Below, one piece after another: positions 47,568-59,413 of a stretch of DNA of 64,000 bases (position 1 is the stretch's first letter; each line of letters starts with the position of its first letter). The position numbers and the translations under genes were made by a program. Source of the stretch: a virus. The notes beneath the pieces are model-generated. The model was not told the origin of the DNA. It saw nothing but the letters and a program-made list of their open reading frames with translations, and searched no databases. Where the stretch lies: the IMG/VR virus record IMGVR_UViG_3300020122_000665, positions 1 to 64,000 of that record. One strand, written 5' to 3'.

Positions 47568-48032
47568 GTGAAGCGCACGTCGCTCAACAGGAAGACGGGG
47601 CTGCGCTCGCGCCCGAAGGAGCGGCGGCTCAGCAAAGACGCGGTCTCGGTCGGCGTCCGCTCCGACGTAGGGCCGGTCATTCCGCGCCTCGTATCGTCGG
47701 CGCGCACGACGGGCGCCGCGGCGCCGAAGACCGGAGAGATGCACTCGCCGACGCTGCGCGCGTTCGTCAAGGCGGAGGCGATGTGCCGGCTCGGCGAGGG
47801 GACGCACAAGGCGGACGAGCTCCACCACTGGCCGGCGAGCGGCCACGCGCCGGTGATCGACCTGCTGGCGTTCCCCGTCTGCCGTCGCCACCACGGCGAA
47901 TGCCACTCAGGGAACTTCAGCGCCTGGAGCGACGAGCGACAGAGCGCCGAGGTGAGTCGATTCTGGCGGTTCCTCATCACGCGGCGGCCCGACGTCGCGC
48001 GCGCCGCGCTCAAGGAGATGGCCGATGGATAG
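47568..48032 (+). CDS. HNH-like (DUF968-type) protein
   Basis: ELHH...FPVCRRHHGECH. Confidence 0.55.
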   Translation: MKRTSLNRKTGLRSRPKERRLSKDAVSVGVRSDVGPVIPRLVSSARTTGAAAPKTGEMHSPTLRAFVKAEAMCRLGEGTHKADELHHWPASGHAPVIDLLAFPVCRRHHGECHSGNFSAWSDERQSAEVSRFWRFLITRRPDVARAALKEMADG

Positions 48033-49101
48033 CCCCCGCAGGCATCTGGTCGTCGAAGTGCCCTCGATTCGCCAGCCCATCACGAAGTCGCCCGGGTTCG
48101 CGAAGAAGGAGCTTTCGACATGGAAGCTCGACCTGATGGCGCTCTGCGGCTTCGGCTGCAGCTACTGCTCGAGCAACACCGGGAACTACCTCCGCATCAA
48201 CCGAGAGAAGTTCGCCGACGCTACCGAGGAGCAGCTCGGCGAGCGCATCTATCCGAGCGACGAGCCCGACCTCGCGATGGTGTGGCCCGACGTGCTCGAG
48301 AAGATCGAGCGCCAGATCGCCAGCCACAAGCCGGGATGGGGCGGCGGCGAGACGCTCGTCTTCTCCATGCTCACCGACGCCTTCAGCGGTCCTCCGCTGC
48401 GCGCCGGCACGACGGAGAAGGCGCTGCGAATGCTGCTCAACGGGACCTCCTTCCGCATCCGCGTGCTCACCAAGAACAGCGTCGTCGGCACGTCGCAGAA
48501 GTGGCGGGATCTCTTCTTCGAGCACCGCGATCGCGTGGTCGTCGGCCTATCGACGGGGAGCCTCGATAGCGACTGGGCGCGGCGAGTGGAGATCGGGTGC
48601 CCTCCGCCGACCGCGAGAATCGAGGCGACGCGCCGACTGCAAGGTGCAGCAGTTCCCACCTTCGGCATGTTGTGCCCGATCTTTCCCGACGTTCTCGCCG
48701 GCGATTCGCTCGATCTCCTGATCGACGGGATTCGCCCGGAGCTCTGCGAGACGGTGTGGGCCGAGCCCTACAACGACCGCTCGAACTGGCAGAAGGTGCG
48801 CGCGGGCTACGAGTTGGGGAGCCCCGGGTTCCGGTGGTTCACCGACGTCTACGAGCACGGCGGGCGCTCCGAGTGGAGCCGCTACGCGACCGACCTCTAC
48901 CTGCGGCTGCGCGAGAAGGCGCTCGCCGAGGGGTGGATGTCGAAGCTCCGCTACCTGCTCTACGAGAACGACATCACCGTGGAGGACGCGCGGCGCTTCC
49001 CCAACCTGAGCGGGGTCCTGCTGCAGAGTCCGACCCGAAACGACGGCACGAGCTTGCATCCGATCTTCGGCGAGATGCAGAGAGCCTCGGCCGCGGGATG
49101 A
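48025..49101 (+). CDS. Radical SAM protein (SPL-like)
   Basis: Canonical CGFGCSYC; FSMLTD, VLTKN. Confidence 0.85.
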   Translation: MDSPRRHLVVEVPSIRQPITKSPGFAKKELSTWKLDLMALCGFGCSYCSSNTGNYLRINREKFADATEEQLGERIYPSDEPDLAMVWPDVLEKIERQIASHKPGWGGGETLVFSMLTDAFSGPPLRAGTTEKALRMLLNGTSFRIRVLTKNSVVGTSQKWRDLFFEHRDRVVVGLSTGSLDSDWARRVEIGCPPPTARIEATRRLQGAAVPTFGMLCPIFPDVLAGDSLDLLIDGIRPELCETVWAEPYNDRSNWQKVRAGYELGSPGFRWFTDVYEHGGRSEWSRYATDLYLRLREKALAEGWMSKLRYLLYENDITVEDARRFPNLSGVLLQSPTRNDGTSLHPIFGEMQRASAAG

Positions 49102-49563
49102 GGATCCACTTCATCGCCGGCGGCTGGTTCCGGCACACCGACGGGACCGAGAAGGACATGGCCGAAGGATTCACGTGGTGTACGGCGCGGCTTCCCGAGC
49201 GCGGCACGAAGACGCGCAGCCTCACGACGTGCGGCAACTGCCGGCGAGCGGTCAAGGGGTGGGAGCCGATTCCACCCAAGGAGAGCACGGCACAATGAGC
49301 GAGAAGCCCGTCCCGAATATCACAGCGACGGTGAATTGGCCGCGCGACGAGGTGCGCCACGTCCTCGCCGAGAAGAAGCCCTGCGTCCCGACGCCGGTCG
49401 TGCTCATCGTCGGCAACCGCGTGGTCTTCACCGGAAGCGCGTCGGCGATCGTCGTCGCGGAGGGAGACGCCGGCCTCGAGCTGCGCGTCACGGCCATCGA
49501 TCACGACGTGGTGCACGAGAACGCGAAGATTCGCGCCGCGACGGCGGCCGCCATGGAGAAGCG

Positions 49564-49947
49564 ATGACGACCGACGAGAGACTCGACGAGATCAACCGCA
49601 AGCTCGACCTGCTGCTGAAGGGGTCCACGTCGGCGCCGCGCGCGCCGGCGGCGGCGCCCGGCGGCGGCATGGTCTTCCCGCCCTACGGACGCAGCAAAGG
49701 CGCGCCGATCTCCGGCGCGAGCGAGCGCGACCTCACCTACTACCGCAACGGCAGCATCCGCACGCTGACGGACCCGTCGAAGTCGCGCTGGCACGACAAG
49801 GAGCGCGTGATGCTCGCCGCCATCGAGGCGGAAATGAAGAAGCAGGGGATCCCGCTGCCCGAGTCCGAAGGCGAGCCGGCGGTCGACCCGCCGCCGCCCG
49901 ATTTCGGCGACGGGCCGGGCGCGGGCGACGACGACATCCCCTTCTAG
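49564..49947 (+). CDS. Small protein with an SSB-type acidic tail (DDDIPF) but no evident OB fold
   Basis: Ends GDDDIPF; central FPPYGRSKG...DLTYY. Confidence 0.65.
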   Translation: MTTDERLDEINRKLDLLLKGSTSAPRAPAAAPGGGMVFPPYGRSKGAPISGASERDLTYYRNGSIRTLTDPSKSRWHDKERVMLAAIEAEMKKQGIPLPESEGEPAVDPPPPDFGDGPGAGDDDIPF

Positions 49948-49956
49948 CCGACGCCG

Positions 49957-50832
49957 ATGATTCCCGCCGCCAACAAGTATCAGACGTTCGCCGAAGCGTT
50001 CCACGCCGTGCGCGTGTCGCGCGCGCTCTCCTTCAGGGAGATCGCCGACCAGGCCGGCGTGAGCCGCTCGGAGGTGAAGGACTGGGAGGACGGGAAGGCG
50101 CTCCCGTCGACGGTCCAGTTCAAGCGGATCGCCGGCGTGATGCGCGCGCTCATCCCTTACGCGTACCTGCTCCCGAGGGAGGCGCCGCGGCACCACCTTG
50201 CGTTCGGCGAGACCGAGCATTCGTCAGCACCGCTTGAGCTTCTCATCGATGCGGTGGAGCCCGCGGCCGCTGTCGCGGACGCCGGCCCGCCGGAGGAGAT
50301 CGTCGAGGCGGCGAAGCCGACTTCCTTCGGCGAGGCACTGCGCGCCGCGCGCATCGCCGAGGGGCTCTCGCAGTTCGAGCTCGGGGAGCTGCTCAGCGTC
50401 GCCGACCAGGCGGTGAGCAGTTGGGAGTGCGGCCACCACGCCCCGATCCTCTCCCACCTCGAGCAGCTCGACATTCTCTTTCCCGCGCTGAAGGACGGTC
50501 CGCGTCCGCCATCGCGTGATCAGGACAAACCGATTCCGGGGCCGCGCGGCGATGGCCCGGTCAATCCAGGCGGCGGGGCCGGGCGCGCCAACAGCGTCGA
50601 AGTGGCGCTCACCGCGCCGCGGCTCTCGGCGGCGCCGCCGCCGGCGAAGACGATCGCCGACCTCGGCGCCGAGTACGCCGGAGCGCTCGCCGCGCACCGC
50701 CGCGCCGACCTTGCCGTCGAGGCCGCTGAGGAACAGGTGCGCGAATCGAAGCGACTGCAGCAGGAAGCTGCCGCCGCGGCGGAGCGCGCGCGCGTCGCTC
50801 TCGATCAATTCATTCTCACGGAGGTTCGATAG
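49957..50832 (+). CDS. Protein with two XRE HTH domains
   Basis: SFREIADQAGVSRSEVKDWEDG and SQFELGELLSVADQAVSSWECG. Confidence 0.8.
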   Translation: MIPAANKYQTFAEAFHAVRVSRALSFREIADQAGVSRSEVKDWEDGKALPSTVQFKRIAGVMRALIPYAYLLPREAPRHHLAFGETEHSSAPLELLIDAVEPAAAVADAGPPEEIVEAAKPTSFGEALRAARIAEGLSQFELGELLSVADQAVSSWECGHHAPILSHLEQLDILFPALKDGPRPPSRDQDKPIPGPRGDGPVNPGGGAGRANSVEVALTAPRLSAAPPPAKTIADLGAEYAGALAAHRRADLAVEAAEEQVRESKRLQQEAAAAAERARVALDQFILTEVR

Positions 50833-52566
50833 ATGACTACCGTCGACCGGGCTCGGAAGGTGGCAGCGGCCGTCGTCAACTTGCAGGAGCAGGCGAAGAA
50901 GTTCGCCGAGCCCGATGCGCGCAACCCCATCTACAGGACGGGCGACCTCGTCGAGGCGGCCGTCGCCTTCACGCAGGCGATCGTCGCCCTCGGCAAGAGC
51001 CGCGATCGATGAGGGGCGAGCCGGTCACGATGAATGCGCGGGACCGCGTCGAGAAGCTGTTCGACGAGAACCACGGCGCGCTGTTCAACGGACAACGCGC
51101 CGAGGTCGAGCGCGTGATCCTCGACGCCGAGCGCGAGGCCATGGCGCAGGGAATGGATCGGGCGGCGGCGATGTTGCGTGACGCGCGCGAGCCCGGGCAC
51201 CGCTACAAGCTCGATCGAATCGCTGGCGACATTGACACCGAGGCCGCCCGCATTCGGAGCGGCAAATGAGCGCCACCGAGATCGAGCGCGTCGAATCGGC
51301 CATCCGGGCTGGCGTCGTGAAGGCGCGCGCCGCTGGAAGTCGGATCACGCGGGGCGTTTGGGGGATCCGATTCGACGGCAACGGCACGATCCGCCTCGAA
51401 GGAGGCTGCTGCCTCCTCGCCCCGCTCCTCGAAGGGAAGAACGTCATTGGGTTCGACGAGCCATCGGACTCCGAACTCGTGATCGACGAGGACCAGGCGA
51501 TCGACGAGGACCACGCCGCCGCGGTCGCGCTCGACATCGACGAGCCGCTCGTGTGGGCGATCGTCAACGGATTCGACCGCGAGCCAAAGACGGACCGCGA
51601 CGACTCGGACTACTACGCCCTTGGTGCCCGCCTCGGTCGCGAGTTCGTCGACGGCAAGGAGGGCGTCAATGGATAATCCCGAGCGGTGCCCACGGTGCGA
51701 CAGGGCGGAGTGCTCCGCGTTTCTCCATTGCGGGAAGCACCACGGTCAGAGCTCGTGCGAGTGCTGCGTCGATTGCGACGCCCACGCGATCGCCGCCGAC
51801 CAGTGGCGAGCCCGTGCGCTCGTGGCGGAGGCGGGACGCGAGGAGAACAGTAGGCGAGCGTTCGCCGCCGAAACGCGCGAGATGCTGCTCCGAGAGCAGC
51901 GCGCCGAGCGACTGGCGGAATTTCAGGCGCTGCAATCCGAGCGCGACTCCGCCATCGCCTCCGCCGCCCAAGAGCGTGCCCGTGCGGCGGCGATGCGGGG
52001 GGCGCTCGGCGAACTGCTCGACGACTACAACACCGTCGCAGTCAATCCGACAAAGCATCAGCATCACGCGTCCCGGGTTCGTAATCTCCTCGCCTCTCCC
52101 GCCCCCGACCCGTACACCGTGCTGAGAAAGGCGGCGGAGGCGCTCAAGCGGCTCATCGTGCGGCCGTGCCTCGCGGGTGCGCGCTTCAGCAAGGACCACG
52201 GCAAGGTGATCTACGACGGCGTGATGTGCCTGTCGTGCTCAGGAGAGGGCGCGACCGATGAGACGATCGCCCACGGCGACGATTGCAACGATGCGCGTGC
52301 GAGGCGCGCTCTTTCCGAAATCGAAAAGGTGATGCCGTGACGCGCGGTCTGCTAACCGACCGGGAGATCATCGACGCTCTCGCGCGCGTCCACTGGCGGA
52401 ACGGCGCTTACGAGGAGCGTCGGGAATCGATCGTCGACCTGACGCGCCGCGCCGTGGCCGGTGAAATGACCAAGTTCGAGGTCGACTCGCTCGACCTGCA
52501 CCGTCTCCGCGATGCGGCGGCGCAACTCGGGGTGCAGGTTCACCCGCTGAAGCCGGAGGGGCGCTG

Positions 52567-53328
52567 ATGGGGGTCTTCTTCGACAAACGCGCCGCCGATG
52601 CGCTCGCCGACGAGGTGGCAGTTCTGGTGCGAGTCGGCACCATCGACGCGCGCAGCCCCGCCGGCGACGCGCTTCTCGACTACCGCAACGACGAGGCTCC
52701 TTTCACGGAGCGGTCCGAGCGCATTGCCGAGCTGACGGAGCGCGCGTCCATGCTCGAATCGTCGCTCGGCGCGGTGCGCGCGAGCCTCGATAGCACGCTC
52801 ACCGACCTTCAATCGTTGCAGAGGGAGCGCGACTACTGGAAGGAGCGCTGCGACGACCATGCAGCCAACCGCAACCGGGACCTCGCAGCCTACGCGGTGA
52901 CGTTGAAGGAGCGCGACGAGGACCGCGCCGCCAGGAAGCGGGCCGAGGCGGCGTGCGCGGCGAAAGACGAGGCGATGGTTGCCGCCGTCGAGTACGTCGA
53001 CGCCGCGCGCGTCCATCTGGAGACTCCACGATACAAGCCCACCGATGGGATGGCGCTCGTGCGGTTGGTGGAGATTCGTGGGCAACGAGCATGGGACTCC
53101 AAGTGCCGATGGCTGAAACTGCGCAATTCCGCCTTCGCCATCGACTGCGGCAAAGCGATCGCCGACGAACTTGCGGCGCTGCGGGAGGTGGAGCAGGCCG
53201 CCGGTTCCTACCTCAATACCGTCGGCGCCGATGGAATGACGGAAGCGGACAATCAGGAGCGCGCTCGCCGCCTGTCGGCGCTCAATCGCGCCCTCGCCGC
53301 CGCCGAGAAGGTGCGCCGTGGCTCGTAG
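52567..53328 (+). CDS. Coiled-coil hypothetical protein
   Basis: Coupled ORF, heptad-rich. Confidence 0.5.
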   Translation: MGVFFDKRAADALADEVAVLVRVGTIDARSPAGDALLDYRNDEAPFTERSERIAELTERASMLESSLGAVRASLDSTLTDLQSLQRERDYWKERCDDHAANRNRDLAAYAVTLKERDEDRAARKRAEAACAAKDEAMVAAVEYVDAARVHLETPRYKPTDGMALVRLVEIRGQRAWDSKCRWLKLRNSAFAIDCGKAIADELAALREVEQAAGSYLNTVGADGMTEADNQERARRLSALNRALAAAEKVRRGS

Positions 53329-53496
53329 CCGGCTCGCATCCCCACCGGCTCACTCGGAGCTCCTCGCGCTCTACAAGCAGGTTCGCTCCTACTGCCTCCG
53401 CGAGCGTCGCGAGGTGAGGTGCGATTCTCCGAAGATGGTGAAGGACTGGCGGGCGATCTGCGTGGCAGTAGGGGCGGAGAAAGCGACGGCGGGCCG

Positions 53497-54167
53497 ATGA
53501 CCGAGCACCCGATCCTCTTCAGCGGCGCGATGGTGCGCGCGCTGCTCGACGGCACCAAGACGCAGACGCGGAGGCTCGTCGATCATAAAGGCCTCACCAG
53601 GCCGGATAGCATCGCGCACATCGACGGCGCTCTCTGGTCCGCTCAACGATCGACGCAGGGGCCGGAGTTGATTCGTTGCCGATACGGCGTCGCCGGCGAT
53701 CGGCTGTGGGTCAAGGAGACGTGGGCGGCCGGAGCGTGCGCCGACGGGCTCTCGCCTTCGCAGCTCGATCCGCACTTCTGGAAGAACTACAACGGCGGCC
53801 TCTGGTATCCCGCCGACGATGCGAAGCCGCTTCACCCGGTGACGCCGCGCGGGAAGACGCGCGTCTCGATTCACATGGTCCGGTGGGCCTCGCGCATCAG
53901 CCTCGACGTGGAGAGCATCCGCATCGAGCAGCTCGAGGACATCACCGAGGAGGACGCGCGCGCCGAGGGCGTGAAGCTGACGCCGTGCGCGCACCCGGAT
54001 TGCGGCCACGGCGACGGGCGCTGCGCCGCCGACAGCTACCGCGGCGCCTACGCGCTGCTCTGGAACCAGATCAACGGCGAGCGCGCAACGTGGGGGAGCC
54101 GCCCGTGGGTGTGGGTGATCTCCTTCCCGTCGCCGGGCGTTCCGAAATCAGCATGGAGGGGGAGCCG

Positions 54168-54171
<4 letters not shown>
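53497..54171 (+). CDS. ASCH/PUA-like phage protein
   Basis: PILFSGAMVRALLDGTKTQTRR, GDRLWVKETW, SIHM.RWASRI, PWVWVI. Confidence 0.8.
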
Positions 54172-55370
<1,199 letters not shown>

Positions 55371-56037
55371 CGGCGATGACGTTCCGCCAGTGGTTGGGCA
55401 AGGTGGGGCAGCCGGGGGCGATGAAGTCCTTCGCCCTCGAGTGGATCTTCGATCGAAGCCGGCCGCGCGCGGTGAAGTCTCTCTCCGAGATCGTCGACCA
55501 CCTCACCGCGCGCGGGGCCAGCGAGGCGATCATCGCCGGCGCGCGCCAGGCGTGGGCAGCATGGGCAGACGACTGCGCCGCCACCGACGGCTTGATCATC
55601 TGCGACGAACTGGTCGGCCCATCGATGGGGCTGCGGATGCGCGCCATCGGTGAGCACGACCTCGCCTTCCTGACCGTGCCCGGCGGCGCGTCGGCCTGGT
55701 CTCCGTGTCGCCGTCCCAATCTGACGCCGCCGGCGCCGCGCGTGCCGCGGTTCGGCATCGTCGACGAGGCGCGCGCTCACGCCGCGATCGCCGCGTCGAT
55801 GGTCGCGCGTCGGGTGAGGCGAGCGCGGTAGATGGGCTGGTCGAAACACGGCGATCCGATGCCGTCGCTGCGCGCCGCTCCGAAAGGGCCAGAGCATCAC
55901 AGCGTCGTCGAGGCGCGCGAGATGGTGGTCGATCGCGCGCGCGGCCTTCTCAGCGCGCTCGATGCCGGGGGATTCTGCCTCTCCGAAGGCGAGGCGCTGC
56001 GCGACGCGCTCGCGATGTACGACCAGAAAAGGACTCC

Positions 56038-56352
56038 GTGAGCGTCTACCTCGACCCGATGATCGATTGGGGGAAGTGCATCGGCCGCGCCGGACCGGCG
56101 TGGTGCCACATGATGGCGGACACCATCGACGAACTGCACGCGATGGCCGATCGAATCGGGATGAAGCGCCGCTGGTTTCAGAACCACGCGAGCATGGCGC
56201 ACTACGACCTCGGAACGCACGGAATGCGGGCGCGCGCCGTCGCTGCAGGAGCGATCGAGTGCGACCGGAACACCTTCGTCGGGCACATGCGACGACTTCG
56301 CACGGCCCCGCAGAGGAGAACCTTATGGGAGACTTCAACGACCAGCACATAG
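56038..56352 (+). CDS. DUF4031 family protein
   Basis: VYLD...WCHMMADTIDELHAMADRIGMKRRWFQ...HYDL. Confidence 0.8.
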   Translation: MSVYLDPMIDWGKCIGRAGPAWCHMMADTIDELHAMADRIGMKRRWFQNHASMAHYDLGTHGMRARAVAAGAIECDRNTFVGHMRRLRTAPQRRTLWETSTTST

Positions 56353-56630
56353 AGGCGCTCCGTCGCGGCGAGACGGTGAAACTGCGGCCGCACGGCAACT
56401 CGATGACGCCGAAGATCAAGAGCGGGCAGCTCTGCACGATCGCGCCCGTGCGCGCCGATGAGATCTCCGTCGGAGACGCTGTGCTCGTGAAGGTCCACGG
56501 CAACCGCTACCTGCACCTCGTGAAGGCGATCCAGGGCCAGCGGGTGCAGATCGGAAACAACCACGGCCGAATCAACGGATGGACGACGCTCGATCACGTC
56601 TATGGGCGGCTGGTGAGCGTCGAGCCGTAG
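56325..56630 (+). CDS. Stand-alone S24/S26 peptidase-like protein
   Basis: GNSMTP...GDAVLV...YLHLV. Confidence 0.6.
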   Translation: MGDFNDQHIEALRRGETVKLRPHGNSMTPKIKSGQLCTIAPVRADEISVGDAVLVKVHGNRYLHLVKAIQGQRVQIGNNHGRINGWTTLDHVYGRLVSVEP

Positions 56631-56978
56631 ATGGGCCTCCCCTGCTACCTCGACGCGCACGAGGTCGCCGAGCGGCTCAAGGTGAGCTACTCGTCGGCGC
56701 GGCGCGTGATGCAGCGGGTTGGCGAGGTGCGCGTTGGTTCGCTTGCGCGGGTATGTGAGGATGACCTAGTCTCCTATCTCGCTTCATGCCGCGCCCCCGC
56801 AAAGGCCCACACATTTATCGCCGCAGCGACGGGCGCCCAGGCTGGTACGCCTACGTCGACCGCGACGACAAGAGCCACGCCCTGGACACCGAAGACGAGA
56901 CGGAAGCAGCCCGCCGCCTCGCCGACCTTCTTCAGCGCCGAGGAGTTCGCGCAACGGGCGCGCGCGCGACGCCGCTGA
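56631..56978 (+). CDS. Excisionase-like HTH protein
   Basis: YLDAHEVAERLKVS...RVCEDDLVSYL; overlaps the start of int. Confidence 0.65.
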   Translation: MGLPCYLDAHEVAERLKVSYSSARRVMQRVGEVRVGSLARVCEDDLVSYLASCRAPAKAHTFIAAATGAQAGTPTSTATTRATPWTPKTRRKQPAASPTFFSAEEFAQRARARRR

Positions 56979-57799
56979 GCATCGCCTTTGACACCTGCCA
57001 CGCGCGCGCCGTCACGAACCACACCGAGAAGACCGCCTACGAGCTCTCGCTCAACCTCCGGCGCGTGCTCGCGTGGCTCGAGCGGCACGACCCGCCGACA
57101 CTTCTCGCCGAAGATCTCACGAAGGCGATCGTCGAGGAGTACAAGGCGACGCGCGCGGCGACGGTGAGCGAGGCGAGGATCAACCGCGAGCTCGACTCCT
57201 GGCGCAAGGCGACGAAGGTCGCCGTCGAGAACGGCGCGCCCGCCGACCTGCTCGACCTCTTCGAGAAGATGCGCGAGCCGCGCCCCAAGCCTCACCAGCG
57301 GCGCCTATCGAAGCGCGAGCTCGCCTGCTTCTTCAAGCACGTCGACCCCCGCTACCGCGACATGCTGCGCACCGTGCTCGGATCGGGGATCCGCGACGAG
57401 GAGATGCGCCACCTCGAGATCGACGACCTCGTCGAGGAGCGCCGCGCGCGCTGGCTCACCGTGACGCCGAAGGATGGGTGGTCCACGAAGAGCTACCACT
57501 ACCGCAGGATCCCGATCACGGAGGCCACGCTGCGCGCCGCGCGCGCGTTCCTCGCGGCGAAGCCGCCGATGGACAAGCGATGGGTGTGGGAGGTCATCCA
57601 GCGCGCGTGCGCCGCCGCGGAGCTCGAGGCCTTCTCGATGCACGACCTGCGGAAGGCGTGGGCGACCGGCATGATCGACGCCGGCAACTCGCTCCAGGCG
57701 GTCAGCCGGTGGCTCGGCCACCGCGACATCATCACGACGATGCGCTACCTCGGGATCACCGACGAGCGGATGCCGCCGGCTAGGCGGCTGCCGTGGTAG
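56786..57799 (+). CDS. int: Tyrosine integrase
   Basis: SGIRDEE, HDLRK, WLGH and TMRY catalytic residues. Confidence 0.92.
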   Translation: MPRPRKGPHIYRRSDGRPGWYAYVDRDDKSHALDTEDETEAARRLADLLQRRGVRATGARATPLSIAFDTCHARAVTNHTEKTAYELSLNLRRVLAWLERHDPPTLLAEDLTKAIVEEYKATRAATVSEARINRELDSWRKATKVAVENGAPADLLDLFEKMREPRPKPHQRRLSKRELACFFKHVDPRYRDMLRTVLGSGIRDEEMRHLEIDDLVEERRARWLTVTPKDGWSTKSYHYRRIPITEATLRAARAFLAAKPPMDKRWVWEVIQRACAAAELEAFSMHDLRKAWATGMIDAGNSLQAVSRWLGHRDIITTMRYLGITDERMPPARRLPW

Positions 57800-57838
57800 T
57801 GCGCCAGCATTGCATTCGCATATGCGAACGCACGGCCC

Positions 57839-57860
57839 GGGGCGCAAACGGGGCGCAAAC
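57839..57860 (+). repeat. Tandem GGGGCGCAAAC x2, candidate integrase arm sites; related GGGCCGCAAAC at 58002-58012
   Basis: Direct repeats on both sides of the tRNA-derived core. Confidence 0.55.
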
Positions 57861-57926
57861 GGTGGTGCCCCCGAGGAGCGCTGACGACGCCTTCGTCGGC
57901 AAAGCCCGCAGCCGCCATGAGACAGA

Positions 57927-57973
57927 GCGGTTTCGTAAACCGTAGGTCTCGGGTTCAAATCCCGACATCGGCT
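57927..57973 (+). mobile_element. attP core: 3' half of tRNA-Thr(CGT)
   Basis: Anticodon arm GCGGT-TTCGTAA-ACCGT, T arm TCGGG-TTCAAAT-CCCGA, acceptor 3' strand CATCGGC; no 5' acceptor strand or D arm upstream. Confidence 0.85.
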
Positions 57974-58169
57974 CAACTTTTCGATTCCAGGGTCGCATTC
58001 AGGGCCGCAAACAATCCGCAGGAGCACGCGGGATATGGCTCGCCGGCGCCCGGTTCCTCGTGGACCGCGCACATGGGCAGGTGCTGTCCATCGCGGCGGC
58101 AGGGGACGCAGACGCAGGGGCGCTCGACGTCGTCGGGCGCCGTCGAGGCGAGCGCGACGTAGACGTCGC

Positions 58170-58514
58170 CTACTCCCCGCGTTGCCACTCGAGCCAGCCT
58201 TTCATCTTGTCGCGCTCCTCGTGGAGGAGCAGTTTACCGTAGCGCCGCGCCGCGCTCGCGTGACACAGCGGCGCCAGGTCGTCGGCCAGTTCCGGGCAGA
58301 GGTCGGCGACCATCCGGCGCGCGATGTCGCCCGCACGTGGATCGTCGAACGCGGGCCACGGCTGGAGCGCTCGGTCGGCGCGCATGAGCTTGCGCACGAC
58401 GCGCTCGGCCCACAGCTCGCCGCGGCGCTCGGCGGCGCCGCCGAGCGCGCCGAAGAGGCGTCGGCGACACGCCGCGCACCTGCGCTCGCCGCAGTCGGGA
58501 CAGAGAATGGACAC
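58170..58514 (-). CDS. Hypothetical protein with N-terminal CxxC pairs
   Basis: CPDC...CAAC. Confidence 0.45.
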   Translation of the reverse strand: MSILCPDCGERRCAACRRRLFGALGGAAERRGELWAERVVRKLMRADRALQPWPAFDDPRAGDIARRMVADLCPELADDLAPLCHASAARRYGKLLLHEERDKMKGWLEWQRGE

Positions 58515-58694
58515 TAGGGGGAGGATGGCGCGGACGGGCGCGCGAGGGAAGCGGCTAGCGCTTCGGCGGATCGGGTGTGCGGTCGGTGGTGTAGTCGCCA
58601 GGACGCGGCGAAGGAGCTGCGGGAGGGGAGAGGCGGCGGCGCGGGCGCGGTGGGACGCGGCGAGAGGAGATCGGTAGGAGCGGGCGGTCCTTCT

Positions 58695-59411
58695 TCACGG
58701 CGCGCCGCGCAGCGCGGCGACGTCGACGCCGTGCTTCACGAGGGCGCCTTGCGAGAACGCGAGCGCGGCGCGGTGATCACCGAACACCGTCTTCGCGCTC
58801 GTCGTCGTGTCGTTGATGATGGTGTAGCCGCCGGGCGCGATGTCGCGCGGGTGCTTCAGCTGGCCGACCCAGTCGAACTTCGTCCCGGCCGGCGCGTCAT
58901 CGTTGAAGGCCTCGGGGAGCAGGAAGTTGCTCACGGCGATCTGGATCGTGCTGCCGTCGGATCGGTGGAGCGTCTTGATGTAGCGGCCGCCCTGAACTCG
59001 GTCCACCACCTCGCGCGGCTCCTCGGTGCCGTCGCCGCGGTTGCTCCACAGGTCGCAGAAGGCGTCGCCCAGGCACTCCATGAGCTCGTGCCCGAGCGCG
59101 CACGAGACGTCGTCGAGCGCCGCTCCCGGCTGCGCGAGGATGCGATCGACGAGCACGTGGATCGCCGGCGCGCCGCCCTCGACGGTGTGGAACGCGAGCG
59201 CCTGCAGCGGATCGTCGGCACGCGCGTCGCGCAGGTGGCAGGCGATCTCGCTCGCCGCGCCGATCGCCAGCACCACCACCGCTGCCGGCGCCGCACTCCA
59301 TGCGGGGCAGAAGTCGTCAACGAGCTGCGCGTGGTTCGCCTCGACCATGACGGCCAGATCGGCGTCGGTGATCTTGGCGGTCTCCCGCGCGCAGCCGAAG
59401 ACGACGGGCAC
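58695..59411 (-). CDS. Putative zinc metallopeptidase-like protein (HExxE)
   Basis: LAFH...GHELMECLGD...EVVDRVQ...VSNFLLP. Confidence 0.55.
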   Translation of the reverse strand: MPVVFGCARETAKITDADLAVMVEANHAQLVDDFCPAWSAAPAAVVVLAIGAASEIACHLRDARADDPLQALAFHTVEGGAPAIHVLVDRILAQPGAALDDVSCALGHELMECLGDAFCDLWSNRGDGTEEPREVVDRVQGGRYIKTLHRSDGSTIQIAVSNFLLPEAFNDDAPAGTKFDWVGQLKHPRDIAPGGYTIINDTTTSAKTVFGDHRAALAFSQGALVKHGVDVAALRGAP

Positions 59412-59413
59412 GG

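Noticed and set aside
57917-57975. Functional tRNA-Thr gene
   Set aside because: The 5' acceptor strand and D arm are missing; better explained as the attP core
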